Shown: positions 16,703-27,212, counted from the stretch's first letter. The stretch is 32,774 nt of DNA from Deltaproteobacteria bacterium (GCA_004356685.1 SMWS01000042.1:1-32774); one strand, 5' to 3'. Made by a program: numbers and translations. The notes: a model not told the origin generated them from the sequence alone.

Positions 16703-18331
16703 TTATATCGCATTTATCGATACTTTTTCCATAGTTATTATAAATGTAGTCCCCTCATCCACAGCACTCACAACGTCTATCTTACCATTATAACTTTCTA
16801 TAACTTTTTGCACAATTACAAGCCCAAGCCCAGTTCCAGAATTCTTGGTAGTGAAAAAAGGATCAAATATATTTGATATATTTTTCTGACTTATACCACA
16901 ACCACTGTCTGATATCTTTATTATTACACTTTGCCTTTCAGAAAAAGCTTCGACTTTTATTAACCCATCTCCAGATATTGATTGCATCGAATTTAGAAAC
17001 AGATTCCAAAAAGATTGTTTTAGTCTATATCTGTCGCAACTTACATAGATTTCGCTTTCAATATCTCTTTCTACATCAATGTCGGATCTCTTTATAGTTT
17101 TTGAAAATGTGTCTATAGTCTCATTAAGAATAACCGAAATATCAACTGGAAAACCTGCTTTTTGTATAGGATTTGTCAAAATTGAAAAATCTTCAACTAT
17201 CAAATTCATTCTTTCCATTTCTTGGGTAGCTACATTTATTAATCTTTGATTATCAGAACTTTTTTCTACTTCACTACTAAGTATCTCAATGGCGCCGCTA
17301 ATAGCGGAAAGCGGATTTCGTAATTCATGAGCAAGCCCCGACGCTAGCTGACCAAGGATTGCCAATTTCTCTGAATTTTTGAGTTTATCCTCTAATATCT
17401 TGATTTCTGTAAGATCCTGAAATATTAGAATATACCCCTGCGTCTCATCATCATCACCATGCAGGAGAGAGGAGGAAAATCCTAGAGTAATTTTATGGCC
17501 GGATTTAGTTGTATACAATATTTGCTCTCTTTTTGTTGATATTAGATTTTCCAAATTTAGGCCAGGGAAAAATTTATAAATATCAATATTTAGTAGCTCT
17601 TCATCAGAATCTAAATTCAAAATCTCTTTACTCATTCTGTTAACCGAAATAATAATGCCTTTTAGATCAAGAGTTATCACACCACTATCCAGACTCTTTA
17701 GAATATTCTCGTTAAGATTCTTTAAGACATTTAAACTCTTTTCACTTTGGCCTAATTCTTGTCTTACTAGCCTGGCTTTTTCTGAGAGATAGCCACTAAG
17801 TACAGCTGCCAGTAAGAACCCCGCTAAATTAAAATAGGTACTAACTAAACTCTGCTGATCTATTTGGGCACTTGCCTGCAATCTTATCTCATATGACTTA
17901 TCAGAGTGAAAAATTCTAGGCTTGGATACAACTATCAGCAAAAGAACAATAGCAAGCAAAAATGATAATCCATAACTAACTATCCGGCTTGAAAAAATGA
18001 TGTTCGTATATATTACAATAAGAGCAAAAAGAAATATAAAAGGGCTACCAATGCCGCCTGTGACTATTATTACTATAGAAGACAGAACTATATCAAAAAA
18101 GATCTGTATTGCATCTATAAATGTTTTATGTTTTAAAATAGAGGGTTTAAGCACTAGATATATTAGGCTTAAAAGGTAGACAACTGCTATTACAAATATT
18201 AGATATAGAGCAACCCTTGTTCTACCATTCATGTAATAAATAACAGCAGAAGAACCAAAAAGTAAGGTAGTTATTACTAATCTAATTAATACTATTCTAT
18301 TGTTAGTTGAATCTATCCAGTTAAGAAACAT
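16703..18331 (-). CDS. pilS: Sensor histidine kinase, PilS-type (multi-TM N-terminus, PAS, HisKA, HATPase)
   Basis: 542 aa. About 6 N-terminal hydrophobic helices, H-box HELRNPL, and G-boxes DSGCGI and GTGLGL. Its position between pilC and pilR supports the call. Confidence 0.8.
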   Translation of the reverse strand: MFLNWIDSTNNRIVLIRLVITTLLFGSSAVIYYMNGRTRVALYLIFVIAVVYLLSLIYLVLKPSILKHKTFIDAIQIFFDIVLSSIVIIVTGGIGSPFIFLFALIVIYTNIIFSSRIVSYGLSFLLAIVLLLIVVSKPRIFHSDKSYEIRLQASAQIDQQSLVSTYFNLAGFLLAAVLSGYLSEKARLVRQELGQSEKSLNVLKNLNENILKSLDSGVITLDLKGIIISVNRMSKEILNLDSDEELLNIDIYKFFPGLNLENLISTKREQILYTTKSGHKITLGFSSSLLHGDDDETQGYILIFQDLTEIKILEDKLKNSEKLAILGQLASGLAHELRNPLSAISGAIEILSSEVEKSSDNQRLINVATQEMERMNLIVEDFSILTNPIQKAGFPVDISVILNETIDTFSKTIKRSDIDVERDIESEIYVSCDRYRLKQSFWNLFLNSMQSISGDGLIKVEAFSERQSVIIKISDSGCGISQKNISNIFDPFFTTKNSGTGLGLVIVQKVIESYNGKIDVVSAVDEGTTFIITMEKVSINAI

Positions 18332-18378
18332 TAAAAAAGTAATTAAGCAAGTTAAGGTAGTTAGATAGTATTATAAGA

Positions 18379-19593
18379 CTATCCAGCCATAGTTGCAACT
18401 AGTTTAAACATTGGCAGATACATTGCTACGACTATAATACCTACTGTACACCCTAAAAAGAATATCATCGCGGGTTCCATAGCCGACAATAATGCAGCGA
18501 CTGCTACATCTACTTCATCTTCGTAAAAATCTGCAATTTTATCAAGCATATCATCAAGTTTACCTGTCTGCTCACCTACAGAAATCATTTGAACAACCAT
18601 TGGGGGGAAAATTTTGGGTCTGGCTGCAAGTGGCTCGGCAAGCAACTGTCCTTCGCTTACTTTCTTCCTTACTTCCATAATAGCTTCCTCAACAACAATG
18701 TTACCAGATGACTTAGCTGTTATTTCAAGCCCATCAAGAATTGGCAATCCACCCGATGTAAGTGTAGCAAGTGTGCGGCAAAATCTAGCAATTACTGTCT
18801 TTAAGAGTAAATCACCAATTAACCACAATTTTAGTAAAAAACCATCCATCAATCTCCGTGCTTTCAAAGATTTGCTATAAAGAGACGTTACACCAATTAC
18901 CATTAATACTATAGCAATCAAAAGATAAATAATATTACTTTTAAGCCAAGTACTAATGTTTACAATAACTAGTGTAAGAGACGGAAGCGTTGTTCCAAGA
19001 TCCTTAAATAACTCGGCGAAAGTAGGCACAACAAAAATCATGATTACAGACAGAACAATAACTGCAACTGATATGACAACTGCGGGGTATATCATCGCAC
19101 CCTTTATTCTTCTTTTAATTCCGTCCATTTTTTCTAGATAAGAGGCAAGTCTTTGTAAAACGACATCTAAAACACCGGCAGCTTCCCCTGCTCTAGCTAG
19201 ATTTGCGAATAATGAATCGAAGGCTTTAGGATGTTTTTCCAAGGCATCAGCAAAAGATGAACCCCCCTCTACATCCTCTTTAACTTTGCCTATGATAACC
19301 TTAAATGCCGCATTAGGCTGCTGCTCTCTTATTACTTCTAAAGACCTTACAAGGGGCAACCCTGCATCAATCATAGTCGATAACTGTCTTGTAAAAACAA
19401 CCAAATCTCTTGTTGGAATACCACCAAAAGCAATATTGAAATCAAGAAAACTGCTTTTCTCTTTTATCTTTTCGGGTATCGGTCTGATCTGCATACCCCT
19501 TAGACGAGCTAATACAGCAGACCTGCTCGGTGCTTCCATTTCCCCTTTTTCTATTTTTCCTTTTAGTTTTCCCTGCCAAACATAAACAGCCAT
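18379..19593 (-). CDS. pilC: Type IV pilus platform protein PilC (GspF family)
   Basis: 404 aa. Duplicated GspF-type domains and three TM segments, in pil cluster context. Confidence 0.9.
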   Translation of the reverse strand: MAVYVWQGKLKGKIEKGEMEAPSRSAVLARLRGMQIRPIPEKIKEKSSFLDFNIAFGGIPTRDLVVFTRQLSTMIDAGLPLVRSLEVIREQQPNAAFKVIIGKVKEDVEGGSSFADALEKHPKAFDSLFANLARAGEAAGVLDVVLQRLASYLEKMDGIKRRIKGAMIYPAVVISVAVIVLSVIMIFVVPTFAELFKDLGTTLPSLTLVIVNISTWLKSNIIYLLIAIVLMVIGVTSLYSKSLKARRLMDGFLLKLWLIGDLLLKTVIARFCRTLATLTSGGLPILDGLEITAKSSGNIVVEEAIMEVRKKVSEGQLLAEPLAARPKIFPPMVVQMISVGEQTGKLDDMLDKIADFYEDEVDVAVAALLSAMEPAMIFFLGCTVGIIVVAMYLPMFKLVATMAG

Positions 19594-19614
19594 AGTAAAT
19601 TACTCCTTATAACT

Positions 19615-20712
19615 TTATCTTCTCACTGCTCTTTGTTGGTTTGCAGGAGCTCCTTCAGCTAATATTCTTTTAATCTCATCAGGTTCTTGGCTTTTAATCA
19701 GTGTGTCTTCATAAGTTATCTGCTTTTTTAAATATAAATCAACTAAAGATTGATTTAAAGTCTGCATATTCCATTTCTCTTGCCCAATCTGCTGTTGAGA
19801 ATAAATCTGATGGACTTTATCTTCTCTGATTAAATTTCTAATAGCAGGGTTTGGAACAAGTACCTCAACTGCCAATACTCGACCACCACCAATGCGCGGA
19901 ATTAAAGTTTGACATATAATCCCTTCTAACACAAAAGACAGTTGCGTCCTTACTTGAGGCTGCTCGTGTGGTGGGAATACATCAATAACACGGTTAACAG
20001 TCTGTACAGCCGTATTTGTATGAAGTGTGGCAAAAGTCAAATGTCCGGTTTCAGAAAGGGTAAGAGCAATCTTGATAGTTTCAAGGTCTCTCATTTCTCC
20101 AATAAGTATAACATCGGGATCTTCTCTTAACACACTCCTAAGCGCATTATGAAAGCTCTTGGTATCACTGCCAATTTCTCTTTGATTTACAAGGCAGTTT
20201 TTATGAGTAAACATATATTCTATAGGATCTTCAATAGTAACTATATGCTCTCTTCTATCCTGATTAACCTGATCCACCATTGCAGCAAGAGTTGTAGTTT
20301 TTCCTGATCCAGTAGGTCCGGTTACCAGGATCAGTCCCCTGGGTTTTTTAATAAGATCAGAAATCACAGGCGGGAGACCTAACTCGTTTAAATCTCTAAT
20401 TTTGTAAGGAATAAGCCTAAAAGCTCCTGCGACAACACCCCTCTGCATATATACATTGCCTCTAAACCGCCCCAATTGCTGCATACCAAATGAGAAATCC
20501 AGTTCCCAATTTTCTTCAAATTTATGCTTTTGTAAATCAGTCAAAACACTGTAGCAAAGATCTTTTGTCTCCGGGGGTGTAAGTGGTGGATGTTTAATAG
20601 GAACAAGCTGCCCGTCAACCCTTATCACAGGAGGAGAATTGGTGGTAATATGCAAATCTGAGGCACCGTTGTCAACCATTACTTTTAGTAGCTGACTAAG
20701 TTGAGTAGCCAT
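19615..20712 (-). CDS. pilT: Twitching-motility retraction ATPase PilT
   Basis: 365 aa. Walker A GPTGSGKTTT, GEMRD, and the PilT-type AIRNLIRE motif. Confidence 0.9.
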   Translation of the reverse strand: MATQLSQLLKVMVDNGASDLHITTNSPPVIRVDGQLVPIKHPPLTPPETKDLCYSVLTDLQKHKFEENWELDFSFGMQQLGRFRGNVYMQRGVVAGAFRLIPYKIRDLNELGLPPVISDLIKKPRGLILVTGPTGSGKTTTLAAMVDQVNQDRREHIVTIEDPIEYMFTHKNCLVNQREIGSDTKSFHNALRSVLREDPDVILIGEMRDLETIKIALTLSETGHLTFATLHTNTAVQTVNRVIDVFPPHEQPQVRTQLSFVLEGIICQTLIPRIGGGRVLAVEVLVPNPAIRNLIREDKVHQIYSQQQIGQEKWNMQTLNQSLVDLYLKKQITYEDTLIKSQEPDEIKRILAEGAPANQQRAVRR

Positions 20713-20728
20713 AAAATAACCTCCTAAA

Positions 20729-22489
20729 TTAATTGTCCTGTGAAGTATTTCTAACTACTTCTTCTATTGTTGTAATACCTTGCTTGAGTTTTAGTAAAGC
20801 ACTTTGTCTGAGTGTTTTCATGCCCTGTCTTATTGCTTCTCTCTTCAGTTCAAGTGCTGAAGCCCCGCTTAGTATGAATTCTTTAACTTCCTCTGTTATT
20901 TTTAAAGCCTCATATATAGCAATTCTTCCTTTATAGCCTGTACCCATACAGATTTTACAATCTTCGCCACTACCTCTGTATACTTCATAATCTGAAACCT
21001 CTTTTGGCGGAACACCCAAATCGATAAGAACCTGAGGAGATGCATCAACTGCTTCTTTACAATCCAGACATATTTTCCTTACAAGCCTCTGGGCCAGTAT
21101 TGCATTCAGTGAAGCTGTAAGCAAAAATGGCTCCACACCCATATTGAGTAGTCGTGTGATCGTTGAAGGCGCATCATTTGTGTGCAGGGTTGATAGAACA
21201 AGGTGACCAGTTAAAGCGGCTTTAATTGATATTTCTGCCGTTTCATAATCTCTTATCTCACCCACCAAAATTATATCAGGATCTTGTCTCAAAAAAGCTC
21301 GCAAACAAGTAGAGAAAGTTAGTCCAATAGACTCGTGAATCTGAACCTGATTTATGCCAGATAAACTATATTCTACAGGATCTTCAGCCGTTGAAATATT
21401 AACATCTTCTCGGTTGAGCTCCATCATTGCTGAGTAAAGGGTAGTAGTTTTACCGCTTCCTGTTGGACCAGTAATAAGAACCATGCCAAACGGTTCATAA
21501 ATTGATTCTCTGAATAATTTTAATTCATCTTCATTAAAACCAAGCTCTGTTAAATCTAATTTCAGGGAATCCTTGTCTAAAAGTCTCAGAACCACTTTTT
21601 CACCAGTTATGATCGGCATGCAAGAGACACGATATTCCATTGTTTTTCCCTCGCCGACCCTTATCTTGATACGACCGTCCTGAGGCAGCCTTCTTTCAGC
21701 AATATCCAAATTAGCCATCACCTTAATTCTGGAAGAAACAGGGTTTTTAAGCTGTAAAGGAGGTTTAAGAATATCATATAATACTCCATCAATTCTAAGC
21801 CTAATTCTGTAGTCATTTTCATATGGCTCAATATGAATATCACTTGCTCCCCTTCTTATTGATTCAAGAAGCACGTGATTTACAAGTCTTACAACAGGGG
21901 CTTCTTCCGAAGCTTTTGCTAAATCGTTTAAATCAAGCTGTTCTTCTCCTCCTCCTCCAATATCTAAAACAAAGTCCTCTAAATCTCCGAACAGTTTTCC
22001 TACTTCTTCCTGACTTTTTTCAGCTTCAACTTTCTTTTGCCATTCTTGTTGAGAACCATAATGTTTTTCTATAGCGGTTTTTATCGATCTTTCCGAAGCA
22101 ACTACTACTTCAATGTTTTGTCCCGTAGCAAATTTTAAATCATCGATTGCAAAAATGTTGGATGGATCGGCCATAGCAACTACCAGAGTCGAACCAGACC
22201 TGTCAATTGGAACTAGTCTGTGTTTTAGTGCCGATTCTCTTGGAACCAGGTTAAGCGCCTCTTCTGAAACCTCGAATTGTTCTAAATTTATTGCGGGAAC
22301 GGCGTACTGCTTACTTAAGTATGCCACAAGTTGGTTTTCATCTATATATCCGAGGTTGAGTAAAGTTTCCCCTAATTTTCTACCTGAATGTTTTTGTTCC
22401 TGAATAGCGCTTTTTAACTGATCAAGGTTAATTACATCTTCTTTGATCAGTATATCGCCCATTTTGACGCCTGCTTTCTGTTGTTTCAT
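20729..22489 (-). CDS. pilB: Type IV pilus assembly ATPase PilB (GspE family) with an N-terminal MshEN-type domain
   Basis: 586 aa. Walker A GPTGSGKTTT, GEIRD, and a tetracysteine region (C..C...C..C). The N-terminus carries a tandem RLGxxLLxxGLLxxxxLxxxLxxQ-like motif. SD GAGGT at 22501..22505. An alternative ATG exists at 22462. Confidence 0.9.
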   Translation of the reverse strand: MKQQKAGVKMGDILIKEDVINLDQLKSAIQEQKHSGRKLGETLLNLGYIDENQLVAYLSKQYAVPAINLEQFEVSEEALNLVPRESALKHRLVPIDRSGSTLVVAMADPSNIFAIDDLKFATGQNIEVVVASERSIKTAIEKHYGSQQEWQKKVEAEKSQEEVGKLFGDLEDFVLDIGGGGEEQLDLNDLAKASEEAPVVRLVNHVLLESIRRGASDIHIEPYENDYRIRLRIDGVLYDILKPPLQLKNPVSSRIKVMANLDIAERRLPQDGRIKIRVGEGKTMEYRVSCMPIITGEKVVLRLLDKDSLKLDLTELGFNEDELKLFRESIYEPFGMVLITGPTGSGKTTTLYSAMMELNREDVNISTAEDPVEYSLSGINQVQIHESIGLTFSTCLRAFLRQDPDIILVGEIRDYETAEISIKAALTGHLVLSTLHTNDAPSTITRLLNMGVEPFLLTASLNAILAQRLVRKICLDCKEAVDASPQVLIDLGVPPKEVSDYEVYRGSGEDCKICMGTGYKGRIAIYEALKITEEVKEFILSGASALELKREAIRQGMKTLRQSALLKLKQGITTIEEVVRNTSQDN

Positions 22490-22523
22490 CTAAAAAATAT
22501 ACCTCAAAATATATTAAATATAA

Positions 22524-22539
22524 TGCAAAAATTATGCCA
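22524..22539 (-). promoter_or_regulatory. Candidate sigma-54 (-24/-12) promoter upstream of pilB
   Basis: The minus strand reads TGGCATAATTTTTGCA against the consensus TGGCACG-N4-TTGCW. GG and GC are separated by exactly 10 nt, and 10 of 12 defined positions match. The -12 GC lies 35-36 nt upstream of the pilB ATG, with the SD in between. Confidence 0.6.
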
Positions 22540-22720
22540 TTTATGATAAGTTTAAATAATTAAGGCCCAACCTACGTTAAATCGAAGTATTTATCCCTCC
22601 CTTAAGATAATTCCTTCCATACAATTAATCACAATTACCCCTATTACCCTCTATCCTTTATACTACATTTTTATCGTAAAGTCAATTGACACATATTAGA
22701 TACTTAATTCTCATATTGTA

Positions 22721-22740
22721 GTTGAGTTAAGTTGAGTTAA
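22721..22740. repeat. Perfect tandem 10-mer (GTTGAGTTAA x2) in the pilB/trmFO intergenic region
   Basis: Read directly from the sequence. It lies about 180-200 bp upstream of the candidate sigma-54 promoter. A perfect 10-bp palindrome, GTCAATTGAC, lies at 22681..22690. Confidence 0.6.
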
Positions 22741-22892
22741 ACTGAATTATTAAAGAAAATTATAAATATTTAATCCCCATTGTAGACAGTCTAATATTTA
22801 AAACAATATTTTAATATTCATAGAATCAGATAATACTATTTTAATTTTATTTATCCTTAATTGGAAACTTAGGGACATTAATAACAAATTAT

Positions 22893-24206
22893 ATGAATAA
22901 TAAAGTAACAGTAATTGGCGGGGGGCTTGCAGGTTGTGAAGCCTCGTATCAGCTTGCAAGAAATAAAATCAATGTTGATTTATATGAAATGAGGCCTACA
23001 AAACAAACTCCTGCTCACTGCACAGAAATGTTTGGTGAACTGGTTTGCAGCAATTCCCTAAAATCTAACTACTTAGAGAACGCAAGCGGCATCTTGAAAG
23101 AAGAGATGAGAAAGCTTGGGTCACTTATAATTGAATCGGCAGATAAAAACAGCGTTGCCGCCGGTAAAGCTCTTGCTGTAGACAGAATCAAATTCTCAAA
23201 CCACTTAACAAAAACATTAGAGCAAAACCCTTACATTACTATAAAGCGTAAAGAGTTTGATAAATTACCCGAACCTATTAACAATCCCATTATAATTGCT
23301 TCTGGGCCACTAACTTCTGACAGCCTTTCAAAGGAAATAAGTAAAATAACATGCTCAGATTATTTATATTTTTATGATGCAATTTCACCTATTATAGAAG
23401 CTGAAAGTATTAATTTTAATGATGTATTTCTAGCATCAAGATATGATAAAGGGCAGGATGAATTGGGCGATTATATAAACTGCCCTGTAGAAAAAGAAGA
23501 TTATTACAGATTGATTGATGATTTAGTTCGTGCAGACAGCATAGAAGTTAAAGAATTTGATGATGTTAAATATTTTGAAAGTTGTTTGCCTGTAGAAGTT
23601 ATAGCTAAAAGAGGCAGAGAGTCTCTTAGATTTGGTCCTATGAAATCAAAAGGCTTAACAGACCCCAAAACATCAAAAAGACCATATTCTGTAGTGCAGT
23701 TGAGAAAAGAAAACTCCAGTGGATCGATGTACAACATGGTCGGCTTTCAAACAAGGCTTAAATATTCCGAACAAAAAAGGGTGTTTTCCAGTATAAGCGG
23801 CTTAGAAAACGCAGAATTTCTTAGATATGGCAGTATGCACAGAAATACCTTTATTAATTCTCCAAGGCTTTTAAAATCAACACTACAATTAAAAGATAAC
23901 CCAAGGGTTTTCTTTGCTGGCCAGATAGTCGGTGTTGAGGGATATGTAGAATCAGCGGCTATGGGTCTTGTTGCCGGTATTAATGCAGCAAATTTAGTTG
24001 TTGGCAGGGAAATAAAAACTCCATGCAAACAAACATCAATTGGATCATTATTAAAATATATAACCGATCAGAGCTTAAAAGAATTTCAGCCTATGAATAT
24101 AAATTTTGGCCTTTACCCTGATGTAGAAATAAAATGTACTAAATCTGAAAAAAGAGGGTATATTGCTGATCGGGCTTTAGCTAAAATAACTGAATTTGTA
24201 GATTAA
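22893..24206 (+). CDS. trmFO: Methylenetetrahydrofolate--tRNA-(uracil-5-)-methyltransferase
   Basis: 437 aa. N-terminal [14 protein letters not shown] motif and overall Gid/TrmFO-like sequence (VCSNSLK, FAGQI.GVEGY.ES). Confidence 0.9.
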   Translation: MNNKVTVIGGGLAGCEASYQLARNKINVDLYEMRPTKQTPAHCTEMFGELVCSNSLKSNYLENASGILKEEMRKLGSLIIESADKNSVAAGKALAVDRIKFSNHLTKTLEQNPYITIKRKEFDKLPEPINNPIIIASGPLTSDSLSKEISKITCSDYLYFYDAISPIIEAESINFNDVFLASRYDKGQDELGDYINCPVEKEDYYRLIDDLVRADSIEVKEFDDVKYFESCLPVEVIAKRGRESLRFGPMKSKGLTDPKTSKRPYSVVQLRKENSSGSMYNMVGFQTRLKYSEQKRVFSSISGLENAEFLRYGSMHRNTFINSPRLLKSTLQLKDNPRVFFAGQIVGVEGYVESAAMGLVAGINAANLVVGREIKTPCKQTSIGSLLKYITDQSLKEFQPMNINFGLYPDVEIKCTKSEKRGYIADRALAKITEFVD

Positions 24207-24216
24207 TTTTAATAAT

Positions 24217-25104
24217 ATGACATTCCAAAAGCTTTTATTAGAACTGCAAAATTATTGGTCGAAAAAAAACTGTATTCTATGCCAGCCCTATGATATAGAA
24301 AAAGGAGCGGGCACATTCCACCCAGCCACCTTTTTAAGATGCCTTGGCCCTGAACCATGGCAGGTAGCATATGTGGAGCCTTCGAGAAGACCTACTGATG
24401 GGAGATACGGCGATAATCCTAATCGTTTGCAACACTATTATCAATTCCAGGTATTAATGAAACCCTCCCCAGATAACATTCAGGATTTATATTTAGATAG
24501 TCTGAAATATTTGGGCATAAATCCTCTCGAACACGATATACGTTTTGTTGAAGATGACTGGGAATCTCCAACTCTGGGCGCCTGGGGACTTGGATGGGAA
24601 GTATGGCTAGATGGCATGGAAATTACCCAATTTACTTATTTTCAGCAGGCTGGAGGAATAGACCTCGATCCAATCTCTGTAGAGATCACATATGGAACAG
24701 AAAGGATTGCGATGTACATACAGGAAGTGGAAAATGTTTATGACATCGAGTGGTCTAAGGGAATTTCTTATGGTGAAATTCATCACAGGGACGAGGTTGA
24801 ATTTTCAAAATATAATTTTGAGTATTCTAATTTTGAAATGCTTATTGAACAATTTAATAAATTTGAGAAAGAATGTGAAGACTCCATAAAAAATGGGCTG
24901 ACGCTGCCCGCTTACGATTACTGCTTAAAATGTTCTCACGCATTTAATCTGCTTGATGCAAGAGGGGTAATTGGAGTATCCGAAAGAGCAAATTATATTG
25001 GAAGAGTGAGAAATTTAGCCAAAATATGCGCAGAATCTTATTTAGCACAAAGAGAAAAAATGGGGTTTCCTCTCCTGAAGAATAATCCATGGACACAGAT
25101 CTAA
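24217..25104 (+). CDS. glyQ: Glycine--tRNA ligase alpha subunit
   Basis: 295 aa. Highly conserved [33 protein letters not shown]. Confidence 0.95.
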   Translation: MTFQKLLLELQNYWSKKNCILCQPYDIEKGAGTFHPATFLRCLGPEPWQVAYVEPSRRPTDGRYGDNPNRLQHYYQFQVLMKPSPDNIQDLYLDSLKYLGINPLEHDIRFVEDDWESPTLGAWGLGWEVWLDGMEITQFTYFQQAGGIDLDPISVEITYGTERIAMYIQEVENVYDIEWSKGISYGEIHHRDEVEFSKYNFEYSNFEMLIEQFNKFEKECEDSIKNGLTLPAYDYCLKCSHAFNLLDARGVIGVSERANYIGRVRNLAKICAESYLAQREKMGFPLLKNNPWTQI

Positions 25105-27212
25105 TACTAGAAATTGGCACTGAAGAAATACCCGCAGGTTTTTTAGCTAATTCTGCTAAAAAGCTAAAAGAAATAACCACCCAGGTTTTATCAGACTCTT
25201 TTATTAGATTTGATAATATTACTGTTTATTACACGCCCAGACGACTTGTTCTCAGAGTAGAGGGTATTGCTGAAAAACAGGATGATATCACCGAGGAATT
25301 TACGGGGCCACCAAAGAGTATAGCTTTTGATAAAGATGGGAATCCAACGAAAGCTGCTTTGGGATTTGCTAAAAAGCAAAACACTGAATTTAAAAATCTT
25401 AAGATAATAGAAAATGAAAAGGGGCAGTTCCTTGGATTTGTAAAAAAAGTTAGGGGCAGAAAGTCCAACCAAATCTTAAAAGAAATAATCCCGGATATAG
25501 TTTTAAAAATCCCTTTCCCCAAATCGATGAGGTGGAGAACAAGCAAGATATCATTTGCAAGACCAATCAGATGGATTCTATGTTTATTTAATAATAAACC
25601 TTTGAAGTTTAAAATTTATAATGTGATGAGCTCAAATAAATCATATGGCCACAGATTTTTAAGTCCTAAGAGCTTTAAAATTGATAGTTGGGAAAGCTAC
25701 GTTTCAAATCTTAAAAAATCTTATGTTGTGCTTAATCAGGAGCAAAGACGGGCAATTATTGAAAAGGAAATTAAAATAAAAGCCGAGGAATTAAACGGTA
25801 CAATTATTGAAGATGAGCAGCTTTTAGAAACTGTAACAAATATAGTCGAGTATCCGGTTGCTCTTACCGGTGAGTTTGAGCAGGAGTATTTGGAAGTCCC
25901 TCCAGAAGTGCTTGTAAGCGTGATGAAGACTCACCAAAAATATTTTCCTGTCTACAAGAAACAAAGAGACAAAGGTGAGCAAATAAATATTAGGTCACTT
26001 GCTGACATTAAAAAGATAAACAGCTTACTGCCTTATTTTGTTTTTATTTCGGGCATAAAAGTAGCTAACCCTAGTACTATAGTTAAAGGAAATGAAAGAG
26101 TAATAAGGGCTAGGTTTAATGATGCCAGGTTTTTCTTGCAAGAAGACACGAAGCAGCATATTGAAAAATATGTTGAAAGACTGAAAACTGTAACCTATTT
26201 ATCTCTAGTTGGAAGCTACTTTGATAAAAAAACAAGGCTTGAAAAAACATCTAAGTATATTGCAAAATGTTTTAATAACATTAATGAAAATGATCTGATA
26301 CGGGCGGCGGCGCTGTGCAAGGCTGATCTAGTGACTCAAATGGTTTTTGAATTTGCCGAGCTTCAGGGAACAATGGGCAAATACTATGCTCTAATTTCTG
26401 GTGAAAAAAACGAAGTGGCAACGGCCATAGAAGAGCATTATATGCCCACCACAAGAGATGGTGAACTGCCAGGCTCTCTTCTTGGCAGCCTCCTGAGCAT
26501 TATAGAAAAAATAGATAATATATGCAGCTGTTTTTACTCTAATCTTATTCCATCAGGAAGTTCAGACCCATATGCCCTGAGAAGACAGGCAATTGGAATA
26601 ATAAGGATTATTATTCATAATAAAATTGATCTAAATATTAGAGAATTAATAAATAACTGGACCAAAAATTCGGATCTGGATTTTCCAGATGACAAAAAAA
26701 ATAACCTACTAAATCAGGTTTTAGGTTTTTTTAGAGAAAGGTTTAGAAACTTGCTTCTTGAAGAATATGATTTTGATTTTGATGTTATTGATGCGGCTTT
26801 GTCGGTTAACTCTGAAAACATTCTAGATTCTCTGAAGATCGTCGAAACAATTACCAGTTATAAACAAAAACAAGATTTCGAATCAGTAACAACTGCTTTT
26901 AAGAGGGTAGTGAATATCACAAAAAACAGTGATACGGGCAATATAGACAAATCACTTTTAGTAGAAAATGCAGAGCGCCAGTTGCACGATAAATTTTTCA
27001 AAACCAAAGATTTAATTCAAAAAGATTTAGAAAACGGAAATTACGAGCAATTATTTACTAAGCTCATTTCGTTAAGAGTTCCTATAGACAATTTTTTCGA
27101 CAGCGTGATGGTAATGGATAAAAATCCACAACTTAAAAAAAATAGGCTATCATTACTTAATGAAATAAAAAGTTTATTTTTTGAAATAGCCGATTTCTCA
27201 AAACTAAATTAA
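25089..27212 (+). CDS. glyS: Glycine--tRNA ligase beta subunit
   Basis: 707 aa. N-terminal [11 protein letters not shown], overlapping the glyQ 3' end by 16 nt as is typical of glyQS. Confidence 0.9.
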   Translation: MDTDLILEIGTEEIPAGFLANSAKKLKEITTQVLSDSFIRFDNITVYYTPRRLVLRVEGIAEKQDDITEEFTGPPKSIAFDKDGNPTKAALGFAKKQNTEFKNLKIIENEKGQFLGFVKKVRGRKSNQILKEIIPDIVLKIPFPKSMRWRTSKISFARPIRWILCLFNNKPLKFKIYNVMSSNKSYGHRFLSPKSFKIDSWESYVSNLKKSYVVLNQEQRRAIIEKEIKIKAEELNGTIIEDEQLLETVTNIVEYPVALTGEFEQEYLEVPPEVLVSVMKTHQKYFPVYKKQRDKGEQINIRSLADIKKINSLLPYFVFISGIKVANPSTIVKGNERVIRARFNDARFFLQEDTKQHIEKYVERLKTVTYLSLVGSYFDKKTRLEKTSKYIAKCFNNINENDLIRAAALCKADLVTQMVFEFAELQGTMGKYYALISGEKNEVATAIEEHYMPTTRDGELPGSLLGSLLSIIEKIDNICSCFYSNLIPSGSSDPYALRRQAIGIIRIIIHNKIDLNIRELINNWTKNSDLDFPDDKKNNLLNQVLGFFRERFRNLLLEEYDFDFDVIDAALSVNSENILDSLKIVETITSYKQKQDFESVTTAFKRVVNITKNSDTGNIDKSLLVENAERQLHDKFFKTKDLIQKDLENGNYEQLFTKLISLRVPIDNFFDSVMVMDKNPQLKKNRLSLLNEIKSLFFEIADFSKLN

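Noticed and set aside
1343-22403. Many 60-110 aa ORFs in the supplied track lie antisense to, or out of frame within, well-supported genes. Examples: 1343..1537, 1639..1863, 4028..4294, 7070..7282, 10564..10887, 12111..12455, 18614..18880, 19286..19585, 22113..22403, 23747..24028 and 25229..25546.
   Set aside because: Each is fully embedded in a gene with strong motif support on the other strand or frame. Their translations are low-complexity (S/L/F/I-rich) with no recognisable motifs. These are typical shadow ORFs.
15255-22489. The pil cluster looks somewhat more GC-rich than its neighbours; considered as a possible horizontally acquired island.
   Set aside because: The difference is what one expects from highly conserved ATPase and membrane-protein coding sequence. 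There are no flanking repeats, tRNA, integrase or other boundary signals. I cannot compute composition statistics here.
22490-22892. I looked for a short pilin (pilA) gene in the large spacer upstream of pilB, on both strands.
   Set aside because: I saw no ORF with a prepilin leader followed by a hydrophobic N-terminal helix. Only trivial ORFs are present, for example MPFMISLNN*.
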